A stretch of 64,000 nucleotides of DNA, from assembly GCA_965198945.1 (NCBI GenBank), contig CBDAQI010000004.1:32001-96000 (forward strand), written 5' to 3'. Position 1 is the stretch's first letter. Each line of letters starts with the position of its first letter. This document shows positions 54,918 through 64,000 of the stretch, one piece after another. The position numbers and the translations under genes were made by a program. The notes under the pieces were generated by a model. The model searched no databases. It worked only from the letters and a program-made list of their open reading frames with translations, and had not been told where the DNA came from. The stretch is from Thermodesulfobacteriota bacterium. GTDB taxonomy: Bacteria; Desulfobacterota_D; UBA1144; Nemesobacterales; Mycalebacteriaceae.

Positions 54918-56047
54918 GAGAACTCCTTGATAGCAGAGGAGTCTATGCACAGTCAAGCGATATTAAATCAAGAACTTATCTTGAATATCGCAAGGATATG
55001 AAGAAGAAAGCTATAGCTGAGTTGGAAACAAGGGAGTGGCTTGAAGAGAAACTCAAGAGAATGTACGAAACTGAAAATGTTCAAGTAGTCAAAAGCGGGG
55101 GAGATTCCCACATATGGTTTTTGAGAAAAGGGGGAACTGTGTCAGGTGAGCTGGACTATAAAGCCTTTGTAAATGGTTCCGAATACAACCTTGAATTTCA
55201 ATATACAGACAGAGCCGATTTGGATTTTTACGATTTCAAAGTTTCAAAAGTCGGCAAAAAACAAAGAGGTAAGAATAAAAGGCTGCCTCATAATGACAGA
55301 TTATTTTTTTACATAATCAAACCTTCTTGTCAATTTGCATTGTTTACTTCCAAGTGGATTATGGAAAATGGCAGGGAAGAAAGTGTTCCAGCTTGGGGTA
55401 GCAGGCCCGCTTTTAGAATTCCTGCCGCTTCATTTAAAGAAATTTTTGAGAGCGATGAAAGCTTGGTTCCAATAGTTGATTCAATAAACAAAAAGAATCA
55501 ACTGTTGGATGAGCAGTCGGTTTTTATTGCCAGAGAGAAACTGAAATTTTCCAGTGAATTGCAAGCGGTTGTTGACCGAGAGGAAATATTCAAAATTATT
55601 CCCAGAACAATGGAAGGTTTTTACAGGTCTTGTTTTATTCTGGATAACATTGGCAAATATCCTGATAATCTTCCTCTGTGGTTGGTTTACGGAACAAGCC
55701 TCTGCTCCAAGGATTTGAATTCTTATCAGCACGCCCAGTTGATGTATTCACTTGACTATTTTTATGCGAGGTTGGATCAACCCTCAAATAATGAACTGAA
55801 GGCATTTGTTGGGGCAATGAAAATTTTTTCGGCTTATATTGAAGAAGTCCAATCCAATAATTTTCAAACCTCCGCTGATTTGTCTCCAAGAGAAGAGGTT
55901 GTGAACTTTTTATTTCTGGTCAATTTGTATGAAGATTTAATTCAAGAGTTAAGGTTTACGAACGAGATAGAGGATTTTTTGCCAGTTAACAAAATTTTTC
56001 AATCCATTAAAAAAATAGATTCCATCCTGAATATTCTGGCGAATTAG
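54914..56047 (+). CDS. Putative restriction endonuclease
   Basis: ATGA overlap with the methyltransferase; AT-rich; possible (P)D...ExQ centre GELDY...LEFQY. Confidence 0.5.
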   Translation: MRELLDSRGVYAQSSDIKSRTYLEYRKDMKKKAIAELETREWLEEKLKRMYETENVQVVKSGGDSHIWFLRKGGTVSGELDYKAFVNGSEYNLEFQYTDRADLDFYDFKVSKVGKKQRGKNKRLPHNDRLFFYIIKPSCQFALFTSKWIMENGREESVPAWGSRPAFRIPAASFKEIFESDESLVPIVDSINKKNQLLDEQSVFIAREKLKFSSELQAVVDREEIFKIIPRTMEGFYRSCFILDNIGKYPDNLPLWLVYGTSLCSKDLNSYQHAQLMYSLDYFYARLDQPSNNELKAFVGAMKIFSAYIEEVQSNNFQTSADLSPREEVVNFLFLVNLYEDLIQELRFTNEIEDFLPVNKIFQSIKKIDSILNILAN

Positions 56048-56063
56048 AAAGGAAAAAACAAAA

Positions 56064-56666
56064 ATGAAACTCTACACACATCCCCTTTCCGGCAACGCTT
56101 ATAAAGCCGAACTTCTGCTGTCTCATCTCGGCGCGGAGTTTGAGAAAATCAACATTGACATATTCAGGGGTGAGAACCGGACTGACGAATTCAGAAAACT
56201 CAATCCCAACTGCAAAATTCCGGTTCTTGTTGACGGCGATTTTGTTATGTGGGAATCAAACGCGCTTCTGTTCTATATTGCCCGCAAATTCGCGCCAAAC
56301 TCTTATCTTCCCGAAGATCCCGAGGCTTTTGGTAAGGTGGCGCAGTGGGTTGTATTCGGAAAAACAACTCTGGACACTTCGCTCGCGCTTGCGCGTTTCT
56401 GGACAAAATATCTTGCTGCGGAAAAGGTTGATGAAGACGCTCTCACGCAAAAACGGAAAGAAGGCAGAGCCGCTCTTGAGATTTTGAACGGCGCCCTGAA
56501 AAACCGAGAATTTCTCTCAGACGGCTACACAATCGCGGATATTGCCTGTTATCCGTATGTTTCGCTCGCAAATGAGGGCGAAATTGACATTTCACCGTAT
56601 CCCGAAGTTTCAAAATGGGTCGGAAGAATTGAGTCTCAGCCCGGATTTGTTCGTATGGGTAAATGA
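56064..56666 (+). CDS. Glutathione S-transferase
   Basis: SGNAYK, LNPNCKIPVL, WESNALLFY, TIADIA. Confidence 0.9.
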   Translation: MKLYTHPLSGNAYKAELLLSHLGAEFEKINIDIFRGENRTDEFRKLNPNCKIPVLVDGDFVMWESNALLFYIARKFAPNSYLPEDPEAFGKVAQWVVFGKTTLDTSLALARFWTKYLAAEKVDEDALTQKRKEGRAALEILNGALKNREFLSDGYTIADIACYPYVSLANEGEIDISPYPEVSKWVGRIESQPGFVRMGK

Positions 56667-56739
56667 GCGGGTGGCGGGATTCGAACCCGTGACCTTTTCC
56701 TTGGCAAGGAAACGCTCTAGCCAGCTGAGCTACACCCGC
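56666..56739 (-). tRNA. tRNA-Gly(GCC)
   Basis: GCGGGTG/CACCCGC acceptor; TTTCC-TTGCCAA-GGAAA. Confidence 0.95.
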
Positions 56740-56799
56740 GAAGATGAGGCATAAAGGTATCTTTCACTTTTTTTGTTGTCAACTTGAGTTTGGTAAATG

Positions 56800-56873
56800 A
56801 GCGGAAGACGGGATTCGAACCCGCGACCCTTTGCTTGGGAAGCAAATGCTCTGGCCGGCTGAGCTACTCCCGC
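56800..56873 (-). tRNA. tRNA-Gly(CCC)
   Basis: GCGGGAG/CTTCCGC acceptor; TTTGC-TTCCCAA-GCAAA. Confidence 0.95.
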
Positions 56874-56962
56874 AGTATTTTACTTTTGACCGCAAAAGCG
56901 GAAAATATCACCTGCCCGCCCGCCTGTCAATCAGCACCGGTGTGCTTTTTGGTATTTCGCAA

Positions 56963-58102
56963 ATGTCCGGAACAGAAAGAAAATTTGTCTCACGGGTTAA
57001 AACAGCAGTCATAAAGATAGGCAGCAGTATGCTGGTTTCCGACTCCGGGATTGACGAGAGTGTTTTTGCGGGTGTCGCACGGCAGGTTGCGTTTCTGCGC
57101 AAAACGGGAACCAGAGTCATCATAGTTTCTTCGGGCGCAATTGCCGCAGGGATGAAAAAACTCGGTCTGGACTCAAAACCTGAATCAATGCGCCGCAAAC
57201 AGGCCGTTGCGGCTTGCGGGCAGAGCGATTTGATTCGCAACTACGAGAAGGCTTTTTCGCAAAGCGGTTTGTCCGTGGCTCAGGTGTTGCTCACGCAGGA
57301 CGGACTTTCCTCAAGGCGCTGTTTTCTCAATGCCCGCGGCACTTTGAACGAACTCTTGGAAATGGGAGTCATGCCGGTTGTCAATGAAAATGACACAGTT
57401 GCGGTTGAAGAGATAATGTTCGGTGACAACGATAATCTTGCGGCGATTGTGGCCACACTTGTTGAGGCGGATTTGCTGCTTATGCTCACCGATACCGAAG
57501 GCGTTTATGAGACCAATCCCGAAGAAAATTCAAATGCGTGTCTTTTGCCCGTAATAGATAACATAGAAGAGGCGATTGAAAAAAATGGCGGAGACACTTC
57601 GGGAGCAACCACAACGGGCGGAATGAAAACCAAACTTCAGGCGGCGGCAAAAGTTTGCGCTTTTGGCATCCCGGCGATTATCGCGGACGGCAGAAATTTT
57701 GAAAACATCGGGAAAATTTTTGCCGGTGAGGAAATCGGGACGGTGGTTTTTCCGAGTGTGGAAAAACTCGGCGCGCGAAAACACTGGATTGCCCACACAC
57801 TCAAACCCAGCGGAGAGATAAAACTTGACGGGGGAGCCGCAAAAGCGGTCGGAAATTCCGGCGGCAGCCTTCTGCCTTCGGGAGTGAAAAATGTGAAGGG
57901 GCGGTTCGGCAGAGGTGATTCGGTCAGATGCGTTGACCCGGACGGAGTGGAAATTGCCCGCGGTCTGGTTTCCTATTCATCTGATGAGATAAAAAGGATA
58001 AGCGGTTCAAGAGCCTCGGATATTGAAAAAATTCTCGGCTACAAATACGGGGACGAAGTCATACATCGTGACAATCTTGTTTTGTCCGCAAATAAAAACT
58101 AA
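56963..58102 (+). CDS. proB: Glutamate 5-kinase
   Basis: VIKIGSS, VVNENDTV, FGDNDNL, TGGMKTK, PUA domain. Confidence 0.95.
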   Translation: MSGTERKFVSRVKTAVIKIGSSMLVSDSGIDESVFAGVARQVAFLRKTGTRVIIVSSGAIAAGMKKLGLDSKPESMRRKQAVAACGQSDLIRNYEKAFSQSGLSVAQVLLTQDGLSSRRCFLNARGTLNELLEMGVMPVVNENDTVAVEEIMFGDNDNLAAIVATLVEADLLLMLTDTEGVYETNPEENSNACLLPVIDNIEEAIEKNGGDTSGATTTGGMKTKLQAAAKVCAFGIPAIIADGRNFENIGKIFAGEEIGTVVFPSVEKLGARKHWIAHTLKPSGEIKLDGGAAKAVGNSGGSLLPSGVKNVKGRFGRGDSVRCVDPDGVEIARGLVSYSSDEIKRISGSRASDIEKILGYKYGDEVIHRDNLVLSANKN

Positions 58103-59435
58103 AGTGTTCCCCTGACAGTTTGAATGCGGCGGGAAAAAGCCGCTTTAATAGGGTCAAAACTGTCTTCGGTATTTTCACTGTTCCGGGAATAGTCAGAGGT
58201 GAATTTGTCTTTGCGCTCAACCTGCATAATGCTTTTGTCATTTCTGAATGCGACGAACTGAGCCCCGTCGGTTTCCTCGGAAATTCTCTGAAGAATTTTC
58301 GGGTAATTTTTTGAGCCGATAAAAATTGAATGTATGCGAATTCCAAGCCGCTGCGTTCTTTTGACGGTTTCACGCAGGGGTCGCGGTTTCGTCCAGTCTT
58401 GCTGAGTGCGGTGCGGCGCCCCGTAATTAAGGTATTCCACGAGCTGCTTTTTCTCGCTGCGCGGACGGGGCTGCTGGACGGGTTGTTCATCGTCTTCAAA
58501 GGATATGTCGCCGGAGGTCGGAATGCCGTCGGTTATGAAAAGAATATGTTTGTTTCTGCGCCCGCGACCTTTGAACTCAACCACGGCATTTTTCAAGGCT
58601 TCCTCATAGTTTGTGTTTCCCGAGCAGTCTGTTGACTCAGCCATATTCATGAGCCACGGGTACTCTCTTGTGAAAAAATTGTTTCTGCCCGCATGCCTTT
58701 TGTAGGGGTCTGCGTTGTGGTTGAACTCAAGGTAGCCAACCCTCATGTTTTTTGTTCTGGCAAGTTCCACCACTCCGCGCACAACCGATGACGCCCATTC
58801 GCTGTATGTTCCCATCATTGAGGTGCTCACATCCCGTAAAATGGCGATTTCCCCTCCGGTTGATTCTTTCTCCCTCATCTGCACACGGGGCAGACTCGGC
58901 GAGGATGTGTCAGACCAGAGGAAAAATTCCGCCGGATCAGTGTCTTCAAGCTCAAAAGAGTTCGTCTTTCTCCATTTTCTCGGCATTCCGCCGGGATGGG
59001 TGGTTTTTGTCGCCATGCTTCTCTGGAAACTGCCCTCCAGCGCTCTCATTATCGTTTTGATGTTTTTTGCCGTCTCGTAGTTTCTGTATGAGGCCGCTAC
59101 GGCTTCATCCACATCACCGGCGCGGGTTGATTTGCTTGATGTGGTTTTCTCCGAAAGCTTTTTATGCTCGTCTTCTTCAGGCCCCTGGTCGGGCTGTCCC
59201 CTGGGATCTGAAGGGATGTCCATCCCTTCGGGCGGGCTCATTTTCTGTTCCTGAAGGTCTTCTAAAACCTGAAAAAAGGTTTCACGGGCGGCGTCATGCT
59301 CTTCTTCGGCTTCCTTGTCGGAGTCTTCATCGGGCATTTCTTCTTTTTGCTTTTCGTTCTCGGGCAGGTCTTTGTCAAATTCTGAAAGAGGCTCCGGCTC
59401 CTGTTCATTCTGCGGACGTTTCAGCTCGTCCGGGG
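58099..59435 (-). CDS. Acidic linker plus vWA domain; open -1 frame continuing from the AAA+ gene
   Basis: MIDAS DVSTS...GNTNY...ITDG; frame is open upstream of ATG 59337 to the A9 run. Confidence 0.85.
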
Positions 59436-59445
59436 TTTTTTTTTA
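59410..59445 (-). promoter_or_regulatory. Candidate programmed frameshift/slippage signal: A9 + CCC + hairpin
   Basis: Minus strand GCT AAA AAA AAA CCC CGGACG-AGCTGAAA-CGTCCG. Confidence 0.55.
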
Positions 59446-60386
59446 GCAATGATTTGCTCAAGGATTGCGTCCATCTGCGCATAGACTTCGGGCGGAATGC
59501 GAAAAACGGTTATGTATTTGAGCACTTCAAGGTCTTTCATCACGCATGATTTTCTTCCTTCAAGAACCGCATGAGCCCTGATTATTTTCAGCGCTTTTAC
59601 AAGAAATGTCCTGTCGGAAATAAGCGAGTTGGTCTCGTTAAGACCGAATTCTTCAACAAGAATGCGTATGAACTCTTTCAGCCCCTGCTGAACCTGTTTG
59701 GGGATTGGAGTGGTTTTTACCTGTTCGTGAAGTTTGTCAAGCAGAGTTCTGTCCAGCAGCTTGGGAACTTTGATTTTCTCATCCCTTCCAGAGTATAGAG
59801 AAATAATTTTTTCCGCGGTTTCCCAGTCGCGTTTGTAGGAAGTTCCGACCGATTTTATTTGAATCACAAACCTGTCAAGATTGGCCGGGTCAAGGGGCTC
59901 GTTGTAGTATTCGTCCGCAGTCGGGTTGCTTGTGGCAATCGCCGTCATCAGGGGAAGGGAGTCTTGAAAGAATTTTCTTTCATTAAGTATTCGCAGAAGC
60001 ACGTTCAGCGATTCTCCGGGAGCACGCGATATGTCATCAAGCAGGCAGATTTCTGCGGTGAGTATCCCGCCCTTTACTATTTTCTGCCGTATTATTTCCT
60101 CGTCTTCATTCGCTTCTTTTGATATTACCATGTCTCCCACGAGCTCTGAAAGACGCGTGTCTCTGTGGAGCTGGTAGAAGAAAAATTTGAGATGGGCGCA
60201 AGACGCTATAATCTCTGAAAGCATGGTTTTTGCGGTGCCGGGGGGACCCTCAATATAGATATGTTCCCTTGATAAAATGCCGAGCAATAACGCGGTTTTT
60301 ACTTCCCTGTGTCCTATGATGTGCTTGTCAAGCTCTTTCTGGAGCTTCTTAAAAACTTCCCTGCTCATTTCAAAATTTTTCTCCAA
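59421..60386 (-). CDS. MoxR/RavA-like AAA+ ATPase
   Basis: GPPGTAKT Walker A, LLDDI Walker B, TSNP, ANLDRF, SDR. Confidence 0.88.
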   Translation of the reverse strand: MEKNFEMSREVFKKLQKELDKHIIGHREVKTALLLGILSREHIYIEGPPGTAKTMLSEIIASCAHLKFFFYQLHRDTRLSELVGDMVISKEANEDEEIIRQKIVKGGILTAEICLLDDISRAPGESLNVLLRILNERKFFQDSLPLMTAIATSNPTADEYYNEPLDPANLDRFVIQIKSVGTSYKRDWETAEKIISLYSGRDEKIKVPKLLDRTLLDKLHEQVKTTPIPKQVQQGLKEFIRILVEEFGLNETNSLISDRTFLVKALKIIRAHAVLEGRKSCVMKDLEVLKYITVFRIPPEVYAQMDAILEQIIAKKKPRTS

Positions 60387-60499
60387 ACAGTTTTATTTGA
60401 TAAACTTTATACGCCAGTATTTTTTTCCGCAAGCCGCGTTTATCTTGTCCTTGCTTTATCTTCTTTAGTTTGGTAGACTGAAGTATAAATTTTAATCAG

Positions 60500-60982
60500 A
60501 TGAAGTCTACCACTGTAAAAATCAGCATAAGCCAGGACGGCCTTCTTCCGCAGCAAAGCATTGAACTTGGGCGGACGCTTTTGCAGAGTTTCCCCAAAAA
60601 ACTCATGAACGCTCTTGATTTTGAGAAAGTTGACGGTGACAGAAAGAATACGACTTTTATAGGAATAGTTCCTGTGTTTGTGGTGATTGGTGAAAAAACT
60701 CAGGAAATTGAAATAGAGCTGACGGTTGCCCATCCGGAATTGCGTGACAAGGTTGTTGATATTTTCACTTCAAAACAACCCATAATTGCGTCCGCAGAAA
60801 AAAAACAGCCTGTGTCCGGTGAATCCTCAGTCCCAAAAAAGGCCGCCAATTCAAAAACATCCGGAAATGACATAAAGAAAACTCCGGCTCCCGCTTCAAA
60901 GGCCAAACCCGTATCCAAGCTCCGGAAAATCTCCTCCGCTGAGACAAAGAAAAAAGTTTCAAAAGGCGCAAAGAAGCGGTAA
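60500..60982 (+). CDS. Hypothetical protein with Lys/Ala-rich tail
   Basis: Fills the gap before guaB; globular N-terminus and low-complexity C-terminus. Confidence 0.6.
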   Translation: MKSTTVKISISQDGLLPQQSIELGRTLLQSFPKKLMNALDFEKVDGDRKNTTFIGIVPVFVVIGEKTQEIEIELTVAHPELRDKVVDIFTSKQPIIASAEKKQPVSGESSVPKKAANSKTSGNDIKKTPAPASKAKPVSKLRKISSAETKKKVSKGAKKR

Positions 60983-61013
60983 CCGAACATTTCCCGGTAT
61001 CGGGTGATTTTAT

Positions 61014-62489
61014 ATGGTGGATAATGAGTTTGAAAAAGCCCTTACATTTGATGACATACTCCTTGTTCCGTCTTTTTCAGAAGTTCTCCCTGCGGAGGTT
61101 GATGTTTCAACCTCTCTTACAAAATCAATCAAACTGAAAATTCCCCTCATCAGCGCCGCGATGGACACTGTTACCGAGTCAAAAACCGCAATAGCTATGG
61201 CTCAGGAAGGCGGGATTGGCGTAATCCACAGAAACCTTGATACGGACTCCCAAGTTGCCGAGGTTGAGAAAGTAAAAAAGTATGAAAGCGGAATGATAGT
61301 AAACCCTCTTACGGTGCGTCCGTCACACACGGCTGAGGAAGCTCTTGAGATAATGACCTCAAACGGCATAACCGGTCTTCCCGTAACTGAGGAGGGCGGA
61401 GTTCTTGTCGGTATGATAACCAACCGCGATTTAAGGTTTGAAAAACGGCTGTCCCGTCTGGTCAAAGAAATAATGACTCCCAAAGAAAGGCTTGTGACAG
61501 TCAGAGAGGGAAAGGTTACAACTGAAAAAGCCACTGATCTTCTTCATAAGTTCCGCATAGAAAAACTTCCCGTTGTGAACTCAAAGTTTCGTCTCAAGGG
61601 GATGATAACAATGAAGGACATAGAGAAGATAAGGAAATTTCCGGGCGCGTCAAAAGACGGTCTTGGAAGACTCAGGTGCGCGGCGGCGGTGGGAGTCGGA
61701 GACGACAGAGACGAAAGAGTTGATAAGCTCAGGGCGGCCGGATGTGATATTATCTTCATAGACACGGCGCATGCGCACTCAAAGAGGGTTATTGAAAGCG
61801 TCCGTGAGATTAAGTCAAATTTTTCCGGCCTTGAAGTTGTTGCCGGGAACATAGCAACCGCCGAGGCCGCCAAATCTCTCATAACAGCGGGAGCGGACGC
61901 GCTGAAGGTGGGTGTGGGCCCCGGTTCAATTTGTACGACAAGAGTTGTCGCCGGAGTCGGAATGCCCCAGATAACAGCCGTTTCAAAAGTGTATTCAGTT
62001 GCGCGGAGGCGCGGAATTCCCGTAATAGCGGACGGCGGTGTCAAATTCTCAGGAGATGTGGTCAAAGCGATTGCTTTTGGAGCATCGTCAGTGATGATGG
62101 GCAATATGTTTGCGGGCACTGATGAAGCTCCCGGAGAGGTTGTTTTATTTCAGGGTAGAACCTACAAGGTTTACAGGGGCATGGGCTCAATAGAGGCGAT
62201 GCGCAAAGGGGAAAGCCGCGACAGATACGCCCAGGAAGAAGTTATGGAAGCGGGCAAACTTGTTCCCGAAGGCATAGAGGGCAGGGTGCCATACAGAGGC
62301 AGTCTCGGCGGTATTGTTTATCAGATAGTCGGGGGGCTCAGGGCCGGCATGGGCTATGTGGGCTGCGGCACAATAAAAGAGCTCAACGGATATTCAAAAT
62401 TTGTTCAAATAACAAATGCGGGTCACAGAGAGGGGCATGTTCACGATGTAATCATTACCCGCGAGGCCCCGAACTACAGAATAGAGTAG
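61014..62489 (+). CDS. guaB: IMP dehydrogenase
   Basis: [28 protein letters not shown]. Confidence 0.98.
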   Translation: MVDNEFEKALTFDDILLVPSFSEVLPAEVDVSTSLTKSIKLKIPLISAAMDTVTESKTAIAMAQEGGIGVIHRNLDTDSQVAEVEKVKKYESGMIVNPLTVRPSHTAEEALEIMTSNGITGLPVTEEGGVLVGMITNRDLRFEKRLSRLVKEIMTPKERLVTVREGKVTTEKATDLLHKFRIEKLPVVNSKFRLKGMITMKDIEKIRKFPGASKDGLGRLRCAAAVGVGDDRDERVDKLRAAGCDIIFIDTAHAHSKRVIESVREIKSNFSGLEVVAGNIATAEAAKSLITAGADALKVGVGPGSICTTRVVAGVGMPQITAVSKVYSVARRRGIPVIADGGVKFSGDVVKAIAFGASSVMMGNMFAGTDEAPGEVVLFQGRTYKVYRGMGSIEAMRKGESRDRYAQEEVMEAGKLVPEGIEGRVPYRGSLGGIVYQIVGGLRAGMGYVGCGTIKELNGYSKFVQITNAGHREGHVHDVIITREAPNYRIE

Positions 62490-62500
62490 CGGAAAACCGA

Positions 62501-64000
62501 ATGAAGCAGACCGTTCTTGTAATTGATTTCGGTTCCCAATACACCCAGATTATAGCGCGCCGCATCCGTGAACAGGGTGTTTTTTCTGAAATCAGACCGC
62601 ACACAATCACGGCGGATGAAGTCCGTGAAATATCACCGAGCGCAATAGTTCTTTCCGGAGGACCCTCAAGCGTGTGGGACGACGGCGCCCCCGTTCTTGA
62701 CGCCGCCATCCTTGAAACAGACACGCCGCTTCTGGGGATATGTTACGGCATGCAGCTTCTTGTTCATATCCTCGGAGGGGAGATTGAGCGGTCCTGCAAA
62801 AGGGAGTTCGGCCCTGCGAACATTGAAATATCCCTCAGAGACGGTTTGTTTTCCGGGTTTCCCCCTTCGGCCGATGTCTGGATGTCTCACGGTGACAAAG
62901 TTTCGCGCCTGCCCGCCGGTTTTATTGTCACGGCACAAACTTCCAATGCCCCGATTGCCGCGATAAAACACGGCGGAAAAAACATATTCGGCACTCAGTT
63001 TCACCCCGAAGTGGCTCATACTCCCGAGGGGGGTCGGATGATCTCCAATTTTCTTTTCAAAATTGCCGGATGTAAAAAATCCTGGACACCCGAAGCATTT
63101 ATTGAGAACACCGTCCGCAATATCCGGGAGCGTGTCGGGGGATCGCGCGTTATATGCGCTCTGTCGGGCGGGGTTGATTCGTCCGTAACGGCCGCCATTT
63201 TACGCGAAGCGGTGGGCGGCGCACTGTTCTGCATTTTTGTTGACACCGGTCTTTTGCGTTTGGGAGAGGGGGACGAGGTTGTCAATATGTTTGCGGGTTC
63301 CGGCATTGAGGTTAAGCGCGTCAAAGAAGAAAAGCGTTTTCTTGAAAAACTGAGGGGGGTTTCAGACCCGGAGAAAAAGAGGAAGATAATCGGCAATGAG
63401 TTTATAGAGGTTTTTGAGCGCGAGGCGGGGAAGGTCAAAAATGCGGATTTTCTCGCTCAGGGCACTCTCTACCCCGATGTGATAGAAAGTGCGAGCGTTC
63501 CGGGTTCCGCCGCTACTATAAAAACCCATCACAATGTGGGCGGGTTGCCCGAGAGGATGGACTTGAAGCTTGTTGAGCCGCTGCGCGAACTTTTCAAGGA
63601 TGAAGTGAGAAATATCGGCAGACACCTTGGTCTTCCCTCTGCAATTCTTGACCGTCATCCGTTTCCGGGGCCGGGGCTTGCAATAAGAATACTCGGAGAG
63701 GTTACGCCCGAAGCGCTTGATATTCTCAGACGCGCAGACGCCATATACATTGATGAAATAAGAAAGGCCGGTATATATGATGAAATCTGGCAGGCGTTTG
63801 CCGTTTTCCTTCCCGTGCGCACGGTTGGTGTTATGGGAGATAAGAGAACATATGACAATGTTATTGCGCTCAGGGCGGTAACAAGCACTGACGGCATGAC
63901 GGCGGACTGGGCGAAAATACCGCCCGAAGTTCTTGAAAGAACTTCAACGCGCATCATCAATGAGATTGAAGGAGTGGGGCGGGTGGTCTATGACATCTCC
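62501..64000 (+). CDS. guaA: GMP synthase (runs off window end)
   Basis: [36 protein letters not shown], ...RVVYDIS in one frame. Confidence 0.97.
   Translation, partial: MKQTVLVIDFGSQYTQIIARRIREQGVFSEIRPHTITADEVREISPSAIVLSGGPSSVWDDGAPVLDAAILETDTPLLGICYGMQLLVHILGGEIERSCKREFGPANIEISLRDGLFSGFPPSADVWMSHGDKVSRLPAGFIVTAQTSNAPIAAIKHGGKNIFGTQFHPEVAHTPEGGRMISNFLFKIAGCKKSWTPEAFIENTVRNIRERVGGSRVICALSGGVDSSVTAAILREAVGGALFCIFVDTGLLRLGEGDEVVNMFAGSGIEVKRVKEEKRFLEKLRGVSDPEKKRKIIGNEFIEVFEREAGKVKNADFLAQGTLYPDVIESASVPGSAATIKTHHNVGGLPERMDLKLVEPLRELFKDEVRNIGRHLGLPSAILDRHPFPGPGLAIRILGEVTPEALDILRRADAIYIDEIRKAGIYDEIWQAFAVFLPVRTVGVMGDKRTYDNVIALRAVTSTDGMTADWAKIPPEVLERTSTRIINEIEGVGRVVYDIS

Noticed and set aside
56831..56962. 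N-terminal extension of proB
   Set aside because: Overlaps tRNA-Gly; homology starts near ATG 56963.

Overview
A 64-kb bacterial chromosomal segment, tentatively from a Dadabacteria/Desulfobacterota-like, possibly host-associated lineage. That placement is an inference from gene content and needs 16S classification. A housekeeping backbone (rimK, cimA, lysC, tsaE, nnr, cysS, aspC, coaD, rsmD, gyrA, proB, guaB, guaA), one 16S rRNA gene with no linked 23S, and five tRNAs is interleaved with accessory DNA. The accessory DNA includes iron uptake genes, surface proteins (tail-fibre-like, S8 protease with barrel, inverse autotransporter), toxin-antitoxin modules, helicases, nucleases and a putative RM pair. 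Many genes are broken. Some breaks are single-base homopolymer indels, even in gyrA, and are probably sequencing errors. Others are nonsense codons or deletions and are probably true decay. Highlights: (1) an AAA+ ATPase and a vWA ORF joined by an A9 slippery run plus hairpin, which looks like a programmed -1 frameshift giving two proteins from one gene; (2) a 16S-tRNA(Ile)-tRNA(Ala) operon spread apart by about 8 kb of defence/TA-like cargo bounded by direct repeats; (3) a recurrent pattern in which cargo is bracketed by decayed duplicates of neighbouring conserved sequences (tsaE/lysC, rsmD, tRNA-Ile, 16S trailer) with no integrase in view; (4) an orphan tail-fibre-like gene enclosed by inverted 82-bp palindromic elements.
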